This document shows, one piece after another, positions 29,999-39,134 of a stretch of 64,000 nucleotides of DNA. A program made the position numbers and the translations under genes. This DNA comes from Sulfurovum sp. UBA1140. GTDB lineage: Bacteria; Campylobacterota; Campylobacteria; Campylobacterales; Sulfurovaceae. The stretch lies in the NCBI GenBank assembly GCA_002311915.1, contig DCAF01000008.1, positions 1,735 through 65,734 on the forward strand. The letters are read 5' to 3'. The notes under the pieces are model-generated. The model saw only the letters and a list, made by a program, of their open reading frames with translations, did no database searches and was not told the DNA's origin. The first letter of the stretch is position 1. Each line of letters begins with the position of its first letter.

Positions 29999-30496
29999 AT
30001 GAATAAAATAACAGTATTATCTGTAATTGTAGCATCTCTACTTTTGCTAGGTTGTGGCGAAGAGGCAACGAAAGAAGTGAGTGCATCTGTAGCTACTGAA
30101 AAAGCTGTAGAATCAGCAACAACTGAAACGGTAGCCGAGAAAGCAACCAAAGCTGTAGACGCTGTTAAAGAGGTAGCAACTGAAGTTGTTGAATCTACCA
30201 AAGAGGTAGCATCAGCAGTGGCTGAAAAAACAGCAGAAGTAGTAACAGAAGCTAAAGAGGCTGTCACAGGTGTTGATTTAAAAGCATGTGCTGCATGTCA
30301 TGGTGCTGATTTCGAGAAAAAAGCGATGGGTGTCTCTAAAATTGTTAAAGATATGAGTAAAGAGGATATTATTACTGCAATTAAAGGGTACAAAGATGGT
30401 TCTTATGGTGGTAATATGAAAGCACTTATGAAGGGTCAAGTTGCCTCTTTTGATGATGCAAAAATTGAAGCAGTTGCTGGTCAAATTGCAAAATAG
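29999..30496 (+). CDS. Lipid-anchored c553-type cytochrome c with a long Ala/Glu/Thr/Lys/Val linker
   Basis: Lipobox LLLGC, a low-complexity linker, CAACH, and axial Met in GNMKALMKGQ. Confidence 0.88.
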   Translation: MNKITVLSVIVASLLLLGCGEEATKEVSASVATEKAVESATTETVAEKATKAVDAVKEVATEVVESTKEVASAVAEKTAEVVTEAKEAVTGVDLKACAACHGADFEKKAMGVSKIVKDMSKEDIITAIKGYKDGSYGGNMKALMKGQVASFDDAKIEAVAGQIAK

Positions 30497-30520
30497 TTAG
30501 AACTCCTGTTTTCTAATTTC

Positions 30521-30543
30521 GTGGGCAGGAATGCCCACACTAC
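30521..30543 (-). repeat. Classical GTAG-footed REP-like palindrome
   Basis: Minus strand reads GTAG-T-GTGGGCA-TTCC-TGCCCAC. It lies between convergent genes. Confidence 0.65.
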
Positions 30544-31760
30544 CCTTTGATAAAAAAATCCTCTTTTTTACTGCTCTGTATCTCAAATTTTATTGGTATC
30601 ATTTTAACCTCTTGATTTTTATTTAAATGATCAATCTCTTTGGTGGTGACAATCATTCCATCTGCCTGTTCAAGTGGTGAGACCATGCCTGGTTTTTGAT
30701 TAGAGAGTGGTTCAAAAGAGTCTCCGTTCCATTTGCCTAAAATAACAGCATATTTTCCTGCTTTAAATTTATAATCATTTCTCATTTTAGTGGTGATAAG
30801 TGGATGATAAAAGCTATTGGTTCCTGTCAATTTTAAGATGCTAGGTTTGACAAACATCTCAAAATTTACCATGGCTGCGAGTGGATTTCCTGGCAGGTTA
30901 ATAACAAAACATTTTCCGAGTTTGCCAAAGGTGGTTGGTTTGCCTGGCTTAATATTCACTTTAGAAAAAAGCGTCTCCATTCCAAGTTCGCTAAATGCTT
31001 GAATCGTAAAGTCTTTATCTCCTACTGAAACGCCACCAGAGGTTAAGATAAGGTCAGCATCCATGGCATGAGAGACTGCTTTTTTAAGCTCTTCTGTTGT
31101 GTCCCCCGAGTTTGATATATAGCTTACATCACACCCCAACTCTTTGGCTCTGGCATAAAACATGGGGGCATTAGAGTTATAAAGTTGGTGGGTATCTATC
31201 TTTTCATAGTGGGCTTTTAGCTCTTCTCCTGTGCTAAAAATAACCACTTTTGGTTTTCGGTAGACCTCGATATGGGTGATGCCTTGTGAAGAGAGTAGGG
31301 CTAAAGAGTAAGCCGTTATTTTTTCGTGGGCATTCATAAAAGTTTTGCCACTTTTTATATCTTCTCCTTGCCAACGTATCATGGCATTGGGATTAATGGT
31401 TGGGGGTAGAATAATGCTCTGTTGTGTTAAAAACTCTACATCTTCAATTGGAACAATCGCTTCGCACCCTTTGGGAATGGGGGCTCCTGTCATAATTTTT
31501 ATCGCTTCATCGTGATGTAAGTGTTCTTGGGGCCTATCACCTGCGTAGATGACCTCTTTTATATTAACGGCTTTTCCTGCATCGGTTAGTTTGACGGCAT
31601 AACCATCCATCGCAGAGTTATCAAACCGTGGTAGGTCAAATGAAGCTTGATAGCTTTGTGCGGATACAGAACCAATACTCTGTTCTATGGGAATAATATG
31701 GGTGCTTTTTTTGGTAACACTATTGTATATAATCTCTAACGCTTCATTAATGGTAACCAT
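30540..31760 (-). CDS. moeA: Molybdopterin molybdotransferase
   Basis: PRFDNSAMDGYA, IMTGAP, STGEEL, SGGVSVGDKD, KPGKP and LPGNP motifs. Confidence 0.97.
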   Translation of the reverse strand: MVTINEALEIIYNSVTKKSTHIIPIEQSIGSVSAQSYQASFDLPRFDNSAMDGYAVKLTDAGKAVNIKEVIYAGDRPQEHLHHDEAIKIMTGAPIPKGCEAIVPIEDVEFLTQQSIILPPTINPNAMIRWQGEDIKSGKTFMNAHEKITAYSLALLSSQGITHIEVYRKPKVVIFSTGEELKAHYEKIDTHQLYNSNAPMFYARAKELGCDVSYISNSGDTTEELKKAVSHAMDADLILTSGGVSVGDKDFTIQAFSELGMETLFSKVNIKPGKPTTFGKLGKCFVINLPGNPLAAMVNFEMFVKPSILKLTGTNSFYHPLITTKMRNDYKFKAGKYAVILGKWNGDSFEPLSNQKPGMVSPLEQADGMIVTTKEIDHLNKNQEVKMIPIKFEIQSSKKEDFFIKG

Positions 31761-31833
31761 AACGTTTGCCTTTTTTATAAATTGATTTGATTATATCAAA
31801 ATAGGGTATAATTCATCTAAAAAAAGGGTTTTA

Positions 31834-32265
31834 ATGTTTGGTGAATTTGATGAGATGATACTCTATCATGCAGTTCTAATAAAGATGCTATTGGGGTTGT
31901 TGGTTGTGGGAATGATGATTCCTTTTTTAAGTAGTGCGTGTGAAAAAATCATAAAACGTACACGAATTTATATGTTTATTTTTCATGGGTTTATGACCTC
32001 GGTGGCTTTTTCAGGATTGGTGGCTTTTGTATTTGTTCAGATGAGTTTTAATGCCAGTATGGGATTTATGATTGTGGCGTATTTGCTGATGAGTGCTATA
32101 GAGAGTGTTAAATATCTTTTAATGCTTCAAACCCAAAAAGAGTCTGATGCTTGTAACAATAAAATGCGTATAATCTCTTTAAAATATACGATGATAAATA
32201 TTGTAATTGTTGCACTGTTTGTTGTGTATAAAATAATGGAGCATTCGAGTACAGTACCTCTGTAA
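31834..32265 (+). CDS. Hypothetical 4-TM membrane protein
   Basis: Four hydrophobic helices; TATAAT at 31807-31812 upstream. Confidence 0.75.
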   Translation: MFGEFDEMILYHAVLIKMLLGLLVVGMMIPFLSSACEKIIKRTRIYMFIFHGFMTSVAFSGLVAFVFVQMSFNASMGFMIVAYLLMSAIESVKYLLMLQTQKESDACNNKMRIISLKYTMINIVIVALFVVYKIMEHSSTVPL

Positions 32266-32303
32266 CGATGAAAATCATAAATTCAACTTTAAGGTAATTA
32301 GAT

Positions 32304-33263
32304 ATGACAATACATTTTAACAATACTTCAACAAAAGAGAGCTATAAATTTATCGACCTATTTGCAGGTATTGGTGGGATTAGACTCGGTTTTGAGCAGG
32401 TATTTCAAGAGAAAAGCTCTTTTGTTTTTGCTTCTGAAATTGATAAATATGCAAAAATTACTTACTCTAGCAATTATGGTCATCTTCCCTCTGGAGACAT
32501 TACCCAAATTGAACCTCAAGAGATACCACCATTTGATATTTTGTTGGCAGGTTTTCCTTGTCAACCCTTTTCGAATGCAGGGCTAAAAAAAGGCTTTGAA
32601 GATACACGAGGTACACTATTTTTTGATATTGCTAAAATTGCAAAAGAGCATAAACCAAAAGTGCTATTTCTTGAAAATGTAAAAGGGTTTAGAAATCATG
32701 ATAAAGGCAATACTTTTAAAGTGGTTCAAGAGACTTTAGAAGAGTTAGGGTATAAAGTTTTTTCAGAGGTTTTAAATGCCAAGCATTTTGGTGTTCCACA
32801 AAATAGAGAAAGAATTTATATTATTGGATTTTTAGATCATGATGTTAATTTTAAATTTCCAAAGCCCTCTGATCAGTCTGTTAAAGTTGGAGATATTTTA
32901 GATAAAGAGGTAGATAAAAAATATACAATTTCAGATAAGCTATGGGCTGGTCATCAGAGACGAAAACTTGAACATAAAGCTAAAGGTAATGGTTTTGGAT
33001 ACTCTATGTTTACTGAAGAGTCTGAATATACAAGCACCATTAGTGCTAGGTATTATAAGGATGGTTCTGAAATATTGATAGCACAAAAAGATAGAAATCC
33101 AAGAAAACTATCTCCACGAGAAGCAGGAAGACTGCAAGGTTTTCCTGATGATTTTCAGATAGTTGTTAGTGATACTCAAGCATATAAACAGTTTGGAAAC
33201 AGTGTGGCTGTTCCTGTAATTATGGAGTTGGCAAAAAATATTTTAAAAGAGTTGGAAGCGTAG
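32304..33263 (+). CDS. C5-cytosine DNA methyltransferase
   Basis: Motif I FAGIGG, IV GFPCQPFS, VI ENV, VIII QNRER, TRD ISARYYKDGSEILI, and X FGNSV. Confidence 0.97.
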   Translation: MTIHFNNTSTKESYKFIDLFAGIGGIRLGFEQVFQEKSSFVFASEIDKYAKITYSSNYGHLPSGDITQIEPQEIPPFDILLAGFPCQPFSNAGLKKGFEDTRGTLFFDIAKIAKEHKPKVLFLENVKGFRNHDKGNTFKVVQETLEELGYKVFSEVLNAKHFGVPQNRERIYIIGFLDHDVNFKFPKPSDQSVKVGDILDKEVDKKYTISDKLWAGHQRRKLEHKAKGNGFGYSMFTEESEYTSTISARYYKDGSEILIAQKDRNPRKLSPREAGRLQGFPDDFQIVVSDTQAYKQFGNSVAVPVIMELAKNILKELEA

Positions 33264-33265
33264 AT

Positions 33266-34297
33266 ATGGATATAAAAAAATTAGATATTAGAAAAGAGAA
33301 GTTTGATATAAATTTAAAGTTTTATTTTTTTCTAAAATATTTGGTTAAAACAAATTTATCGGATAATCAAGCAACATCTATTTTGAAGATTTATAGTTTA
33401 AAATCGTCATTTAAATTAGCTGTTTCACAAATGATAACGCATATCGAAGATAAGATAAAAACAGGTTCAAAAAAACAGAAACTTCTATTTGAGATATTGG
33501 ATGAAGTTGATAGTGAGTTATCTTTAAGACTATTTATTTTTAGTCTAAAACTCTACATGATAAAAGATTTACTTTTAAGAGAGGCTAAACTTAAAGATTT
33601 GTTGAATGTTTCAAAGTTAGAAAATCTTGACCCTTTGTCTTTAGAATATGATAAAATAACCCTCTATAGTCCTTATGCAACAAGGGTAAATGGAGCGTTA
33701 TTATCACTGATATTTTTTGATAAATTAGCAAACAATGAAACCAATTTTATTTCACAAGATGCTGATAATTATATAAAAAGTTTATCTAAAATAGCGATAG
33801 AGTTAAGAGATAATGGTGTTGAGCCAAATCAGATATTTATGTTGATGTTTAGTGAGAGTATTAATCAGTCTATTATTAGTAACAGTGGTTCAAATTATGA
33901 AGATAGAATTTTTTCTGTGTTGACCTCTATTGGAATTAAAGAGGATAAGATAGAGAAAATACATGACAAAGATGATAGCTCTACAGAATTTGATTTTTTC
34001 TTTGAATTGAATGGTAAAACTTATGGAATCGGAGCCAAAAGAACCTTACGAGAGCGATATAAACAGTTTATTAAAACAGCTCAAATGAGTAAAATAGATG
34101 TGATGATAGAGATAACGCTGGGTATTGATTTAAGTGAAGAGAAAGTTCGAGCTATTCGAAATCATGATGTGTTTTTGTTTGTTGCTGATGAAGTGTATAG
34201 CACTCAAAAGTATTTGCAAGAGATAGAAGGAGTTTACTCTTCAACAGATTTGACGATTATTACTTTGGAGGGTTTAAATGCAGTACCTCTACCATAA
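33266..34297 (+). CDS. Putative type II restriction endonuclease (CCGG-family-like C-terminal nuclease)
   Basis: Directly follows the MTase and is AT-rich. Contains EFDFF..GIGAKRTLRERYKQF, resembling the KxTxRER motif of Ecl18kI/SsoII/EcoRII-C. Confidence 0.7.
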   Translation: MDIKKLDIRKEKFDINLKFYFFLKYLVKTNLSDNQATSILKIYSLKSSFKLAVSQMITHIEDKIKTGSKKQKLLFEILDEVDSELSLRLFIFSLKLYMIKDLLLREAKLKDLLNVSKLENLDPLSLEYDKITLYSPYATRVNGALLSLIFFDKLANNETNFISQDADNYIKSLSKIAIELRDNGVEPNQIFMLMFSESINQSIISNSGSNYEDRIFSVLTSIGIKEDKIEKIHDKDDSSTEFDFFFELNGKTYGIGAKRTLRERYKQFIKTAQMSKIDVMIEITLGIDLSEEKVRAIRNHDVFLFVADEVYSTQKYLQEIEGVYSSTDLTIITLEGLNAVPLP

Positions 34298-34946
34298 AGA
34301 GGCAGGTAGATCGACACTTTTACTCAAAGGTGATGAACATCGCTATATCTTTAAAGTGCGTCGTCATCGCGAAGGTGAGGTGATGGCTTTGCGTAATCTG
34401 AAAGATGAAAAACTTTACCATTATAAAATAGAGCATTTAGATAGAAAAGAGGCTCATCTTATTTTAGACCGTACAGAGGTTTTGGTGCTGAAATCCAAAA
34501 AAAAGTTACATATTGGTTGGTGTGTTATTGATCCAAAAAGCATTGAAAAGGTATTGCCAACACTCAATGAGATGGGGGTTGAACGTATTAGTTTTATCTA
34601 TTGTCAACGCTCTCAAAAGAGTTTTAAACTTGATTTTAGTCGTTTTGAAAAGATACTCTTAAACTCCTCGCAACAGTCTGGTCGAAGCGAGATGATGAAG
34701 CTAGATATGCTTAAGAGTTTAGAACTCTTTTTAGAACAGAACCCCAACAGTATGGTACTAAATTTTTCAAAGATCCTCTTAACCAAAGATGATGACATAG
34801 AGACCATGGTTATTGGTTGTGAAGGGGGATTCTCTGAAGAGGAGATGGCTTGGTTTAAAACAGAGCAGATTAAAGGGTTAGACTCACCCCTTATTTTAAA
34901 GAGTGAGTCTGCTGTTTGTGCTGTGGCTTCTAAATTGTTGTTGTAG
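34278..34946 (+). CDS. rsmE: 16S rRNA m3U1498 methyltransferase
   Basis: HRYIFKVRR, EMGV, QQSGR, IGCEGGFS and ILKSESA motifs. Confidence 0.92.
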   Translation: MQYLYHKEAGRSTLLLKGDEHRYIFKVRRHREGEVMALRNLKDEKLYHYKIEHLDRKEAHLILDRTEVLVLKSKKKLHIGWCVIDPKSIEKVLPTLNEMGVERISFIYCQRSQKSFKLDFSRFEKILLNSSQQSGRSEMMKLDMLKSLELFLEQNPNSMVLNFSKILLTKDDDIETMVIGCEGGFSEEEMAWFKTEQIKGLDSPLILKSESAVCAVASKLLL

Positions 34947-36906
34947 TGGTCTCTTTTTTAAGTAGAGTCTCTAGCTTTTCAATAGGTAGAAGATAACTTT
35001 GGGTACTCTTTTTAGAAATTTCTTGATAAATTTTCAATGATTTTTCTAATTTATACTGGGCTTCAAGGGGGTCGATGTTCATATAAAAAGTTCCATAATT
35101 CATTAAAAGGTAGGCTTGTTGTTCTGGTTGGGTATATTTTTTCTCTATCGAGGCAAAGATTTCATTGGTCTCTTGGAATCGTTTTTGATGTGATAATAGT
35201 GTGACATAGAGCATGGCATTATCAAAATTATCGACAAGATTAATGGCTTTTTTGTAGCTATTAATGGCAAGGTCAATCTTCTCTTCGATGGTAGCAATAT
35301 AGCCTAAATTAGAGTACGAGAGTGAGAGTATTGGGTTGTACTGTTTTGGGTTTTTTACGATTAATACGTTATAGAGTTTAATCGCTTCATGCAGTTCTAA
35401 TTTTGCTTTTTCAAAGTCACGTAGTTTGGGCTGTTTGGTGTGTATCCATGCCAAGCTGTTAAGTGCTTTTCCTTGATACTCTTTTACCCTAATGGTGGTA
35501 CTGTTTATCTCTTTAGAGTGGGTAACGACTTCGTGGTAGCGAACCTCTGCTTTTTTATATAGCTCTAGTTGATTATACAAAGACCCTGTGGTGTAGAGTG
35601 TTAATAGTAGATGCTCTGTATACTCTTTTGGGTACTCTTTTTCTAGCTTTTTATAGATACTTAAAGCCTCTTCTTTTGGTTGAACGGCTTGGCTTAGATT
35701 CTCTTCGGGGTTTAGGTAGGTATTGGCTAGGGTGTTAAGTGACCATGCCAAATAGGGTTGGAATTTTTTTGCATCTTTTTTGACCAGTGTTCTGTAAATT
35801 TCAACGGCTTGTTGGTACTGCTTTTGGGCTTTAGTATAAAACTCTTTGGCTTTTGTATGCTTTTTTTGATTCTCATAAAGTTGGGCAAGTTTGGTTAAAT
35901 CCCACGCTTTATGTAGTGCGTATTGGCTTGGTTTCTTGGTTTCTAGTTTTTTATGAATATTAAGTGCTTTTTGATAGGCTTTTTCTGCTTTTTTAATCTT
36001 TCCCTCTTGTATATAAGCATCGCCTAAATTATTGAGTGTTTGTGCCACCCCTTTAAGATGTTCAGGATTTTTTTTACCTGCCTCTTTGCCCAGTTTAATA
36101 AGGTCTTGATAGATACTTTTGGCTTGTGAGATGTTGTTCTCTTTGGCATACTCTAATGCAAACTCATTAAGTGCTTGGCTTGAACCTTTGGCATTGGTGA
36201 GTGTAAATGTAATATTGGGGTCTTGATAGCTCTTTATGATTGCCTCTTTATCTAATGTAACTTTTTCAAAAAGAGGAATCTTTTCTAATATATCTGTTGA
36301 GGTGGTAATCTCTAAAACATTGGCAAGAACCGATTTAACCAGTTTGTTCTCTTTATTGTCAAAATTCTTACTAATAATTTCCATCATCTCGGCATTTATT
36401 TCAATGTTTTTTACTATATTAATTGGTTGTTGAATCGGTTCTGTTTTTGCTTGAGTTTGAGGCTCTTTTTCTGCTGGATTGTTCATTATATAAAAAACTA
36501 TACCTGCAAGAACAGATAATATTCCAATAATCGAAGAGATGCCTGTTTTGCTTTTCCATAAAATTTCTCTGTTTTGACGCGTGGGGTCATCAGATGATGT
36601 ATCTGAAGAGGTCTCTATTTTAGCAAGAAGTATAATATTTTCTATCTCTTGAAATTCGTGAAGAACTTTTTTCCCCCTCTCTACCATTTTTTTATCGGGA
36701 TGTGTCATGACCACAATGGTTCTTTTTACACCGAGTTTGGCTTTAAAGTGAAACCCAAAGAGCTTTTTCTCTTTAAGCACTTTCATCATGTCCCAGATCA
36801 CTTGATTGACCGAAATGGCAATACCATGAATACTTGAACCATACTCTACTCCACCACCTTTAATGACCGAAGTAGCATCATAGGTATTCTTTTTCTTTTT
36901 AAACAC
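34930..36906 (-). CDS. Membrane-anchored tetratricopeptide-repeat protein
   Basis: One TM helix around residues 121-141 and multiple TPRs (AQTLNNLG, AWSLNTLA, KALNSLA). Confidence 0.8.
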   Translation of the reverse strand: MFKKKKNTYDATSVIKGGGVEYGSSIHGIAISVNQVIWDMMKVLKEKKLFGFHFKAKLGVKRTIVVMTHPDKKMVERGKKVLHEFQEIENIILLAKIETSSDTSSDDPTRQNREILWKSKTGISSIIGILSVLAGIVFYIMNNPAEKEPQTQAKTEPIQQPINIVKNIEINAEMMEIISKNFDNKENKLVKSVLANVLEITTSTDILEKIPLFEKVTLDKEAIIKSYQDPNITFTLTNAKGSSQALNEFALEYAKENNISQAKSIYQDLIKLGKEAGKKNPEHLKGVAQTLNNLGDAYIQEGKIKKAEKAYQKALNIHKKLETKKPSQYALHKAWDLTKLAQLYENQKKHTKAKEFYTKAQKQYQQAVEIYRTLVKKDAKKFQPYLAWSLNTLANTYLNPEENLSQAVQPKEEALSIYKKLEKEYPKEYTEHLLLTLYTTGSLYNQLELYKKAEVRYHEVVTHSKEINSTTIRVKEYQGKALNSLAWIHTKQPKLRDFEKAKLELHEAIKLYNVLIVKNPKQYNPILSLSYSNLGYIATIEEKIDLAINSYKKAINLVDNFDNAMLYVTLLSHQKRFQETNEIFASIEKKYTQPEQQAYLLMNYGTFYMNIDPLEAQYKLEKSLKIYQEISKKSTQSYLLPIEKLETLLKKETTTTTI

Positions 36907-37077
36907 TTTCTATTCCTTTGGCTATATATCTAATATTTTATTTTAAAGTTTATTTTATCTTAAATTTAATAGGGAGAAGTTAAAAGGTTGGTAGAGTTCT
37001 TGAGAAAGTTGGAATCGAAGTAAAACTATGACTTCAAAACCAACTCCACAAGTTTCTAATGTGTGGGTAAGTTATAA

Positions 37078-38010
37078 TTATTCTGTTAAGTCTAACAAAA
37101 TTTTCTTCATTCGGGTTTGGGCATCTTCAAGTACCATCATATCCTCTTTGTTATCAATCGCCATGGAACTCATCCAGTTGTAGACAGAGGGGAAAGCAAT
37201 GTTCATGGTCTCTTCACCTTTTTTCTTACTTAAATAGAGTGAACAGGGGGCATAGGCACCTGCTTCTGGTCGTGTTTTTGCAATGGTATAAATAACAGGA
37301 AGTTTACAGATAGAGTAGACTTCGTAGAAATCGAATGCTTCATACTTTGCCTCTTCAAACTCATCTCCTAGGTTGTTGTGTCCTGCAATAACAAATCCAT
37401 TCAGAGCCAATTCTCCCTCGAAGCCCATTTTAAAATCTTCTAGCTCCTCTTCCCAGTCCTCTTTGTCTATCTCTATGCTAAAATTGGTGACCAACTCACC
37501 TTTGGGTTTTTGCATGGTATAAGATAACTTTTCAAATTGACCTTTTGGCATGGCTACTTTGAGTGTTTGAACCACAAGCTCTCCTAGGTCAGTTAAAAAT
37601 TTTTCATCAGAAGGAATTTTCATGATATCCTGCATCGCTTTTACTGTAAGTGATGAGATAGAGATTTTCTTCTCACCTTTTTTACTATAAATAGACATAC
37701 TCATGGGAGCAAAAAGACCAATATGGGGGTATTTTTTGACCAGTTCTAAAACCACATCTTTTTTATAAAAAGTAAAAAGGTGATAGGTGTCAAACCCTGA
37801 CTCTTTAAACTGTTTGGTAAAAGGGAGGTTCATGTCTCGATTAGCAGAGATAAAAAAACCTGCTTTTTTGAATGCCTCTTCAATGGTTTTTGGGGTAATT
37901 TTACCCTCGTTATTTTCTGAACTGAATACCTGAATATCTTGGCTCTCTGTAGCAATTACGCTGGTGAATAGTAATGAAGCAATAAAGATGCTCCGTATGA
38001 TAAGTCTCAT
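37078..38010 (-). CDS. Secreted tandem DUF302-domain protein
   Basis: Signal peptide and two homologous halves (GLFAPMSMSIY / GAYAPCSLYL). Confidence 0.8.
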   Translation of the reverse strand: MRLIIRSIFIASLLFTSVIATESQDIQVFSSENNEGKITPKTIEEAFKKAGFFISANRDMNLPFTKQFKESGFDTYHLFTFYKKDVVLELVKKYPHIGLFAPMSMSIYSKKGEKKISISSLTVKAMQDIMKIPSDEKFLTDLGELVVQTLKVAMPKGQFEKLSYTMQKPKGELVTNFSIEIDKEDWEEELEDFKMGFEGELALNGFVIAGHNNLGDEFEEAKYEAFDFYEVYSICKLPVIYTIAKTRPEAGAYAPCSLYLSKKKGEETMNIAFPSVYNWMSSMAIDNKEDMMVLEDAQTRMKKILLDLTE

Positions 38011-38030
38011 TTTTTCTCCTTTAGTTTGGG

Positions 38031-38477
38031 TTAGGGTCGAATATATATATAGCCACGAAGCTCTCTTTCAATAAGTTCTACAATTCCTGCTGTGACAATT
38101 TCAACATCATCTAACAACTCTTTTTTATCTATTTTATAGGTTTTCATGGTGTTGTTACATGCAATAAACTCTACATCATAGGTCATTAATGAACGTACCC
38201 TTTTTTGTATATCTTTATCAAAAAAGTAAGCTTTTTTAAGAAGAGATTTAATTCCCTGAGAGTAACAAACAATTACCACTTCACACTTGTCTACCCCATA
38301 AAATTTAATAACATTACTTGCAGAAGATAGTACATGAGAAATCTCTTTTTCATCCGCTGAAGTAATAGGAAAAATAAATTTTCTAGGGTTCATCAATGAT
38401 GGTTTGGGTTGAGAGAACTCTGTCTCTGCACTCAAAAAACTTAGCATTATTATCAGTAAGATAAATACTCTTTTCAC
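38031..38477 (-). CDS. Secreted DsrE-family protein
   Basis: Signal peptide, EVVIVCYSQGI, EFIACNNTM and GYIYIRP motifs. Confidence 0.85.
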   Translation of the reverse strand: MKRVFILLIIMLSFLSAETEFSQPKPSLMNPRKFIFPITSADEKEISHVLSSASNVIKFYGVDKCEVVIVCYSQGIKSLLKKAYFFDKDIQKRVRSLMTYDVEFIACNNTMKTYKIDKKELLDDVEIVTAGIVELIERELRGYIYIRP

Positions 38478-38971
38478 TATTTTTCTCCTTCTTCTTTAGC
38501 AGATTTTAAAAGACCTAAAAAGTCCTCTTTTGTCCATGAACCAGGAACAATTGAAACCACATCTTCGTTATTGGTTACAAAAACAAAAGAGGGGGTCATC
38601 ATCTTTCTAAGTTCTAACGGAATCTCATCCATCTCGACATCAATTTCAACCGAGACAAAATCTTTTTTAAGTGCCTCGACTATTTCGGGTTCCTCCATCA
38701 CTTCTATGTCCATTTTTTTACAGTAGTGACAATATTCTGCGGTCATTTTAATCATAATCATCTTCTGCTCTATTTTGGCAATTCTTAGAGCCTCATCATA
38801 GGGTAGATAGTTAATTTTCTCTATTATCGGTTGCTCTTCCATGAGAATCGGTAGCTCTTCGAGAATAATTGGTTGCTCTTCCATAATAATATGTGGCTCA
38901 ATTATTGGTATGCTTTCATTGGCAAGTAGTAGAGAATTGAACAGTAGACCTAGGGTTAATATTTTTTTCAT
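38477..38971 (-). CDS. Periplasmic thioredoxin-fold protein (SoxW/SoxS-like)
   Basis: Signal peptide, CHYC active site, and cis-Pro TPSF. Confidence 0.85.
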   Translation of the reverse strand: MKKILTLGLLFNSLLLANESIPIIEPHIIMEEQPIILEELPILMEEQPIIEKINYLPYDEALRIAKIEQKMIMIKMTAEYCHYCKKMDIEVMEEPEIVEALKKDFVSVEIDVEMDEIPLELRKMMTPSFVFVTNNEDVVSIVPGSWTKEDFLGLLKSAKEEGEK

Positions 38972-39067
38972 TGTTAATCCTTTATGTATTGTATTCTCTA
39001 TTTATACTCAAATTTTAATCATAATGTCTCAACAGCATCAATAAAATTTGATTAATTCCTTACCAAA

Positions 39068-39128
39068 GTGCAGATAGGTACCAAGCGTTGAAAAAATGTG
39101 AAGTGATAACTCTTAATTCTATCTGCAC
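39068..39128. repeat. 10-bp perfect inverted repeat with a 41-nt spacer
   Basis: GTGCAGATAG (39068-39077) and CTATCTGCAC (39119-39128), lying between the porin and thioredoxin genes. Confidence 0.6.
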
Positions 39129-39134
39129 GGTTAT

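Noticed and set aside
38826-38890. Short internal duplication (I.MEEQPII twice) in the thioredoxin N-terminus
   Set aside because: It is real but only a low-complexity linker duplication after the signal peptide, with no evidence of function.
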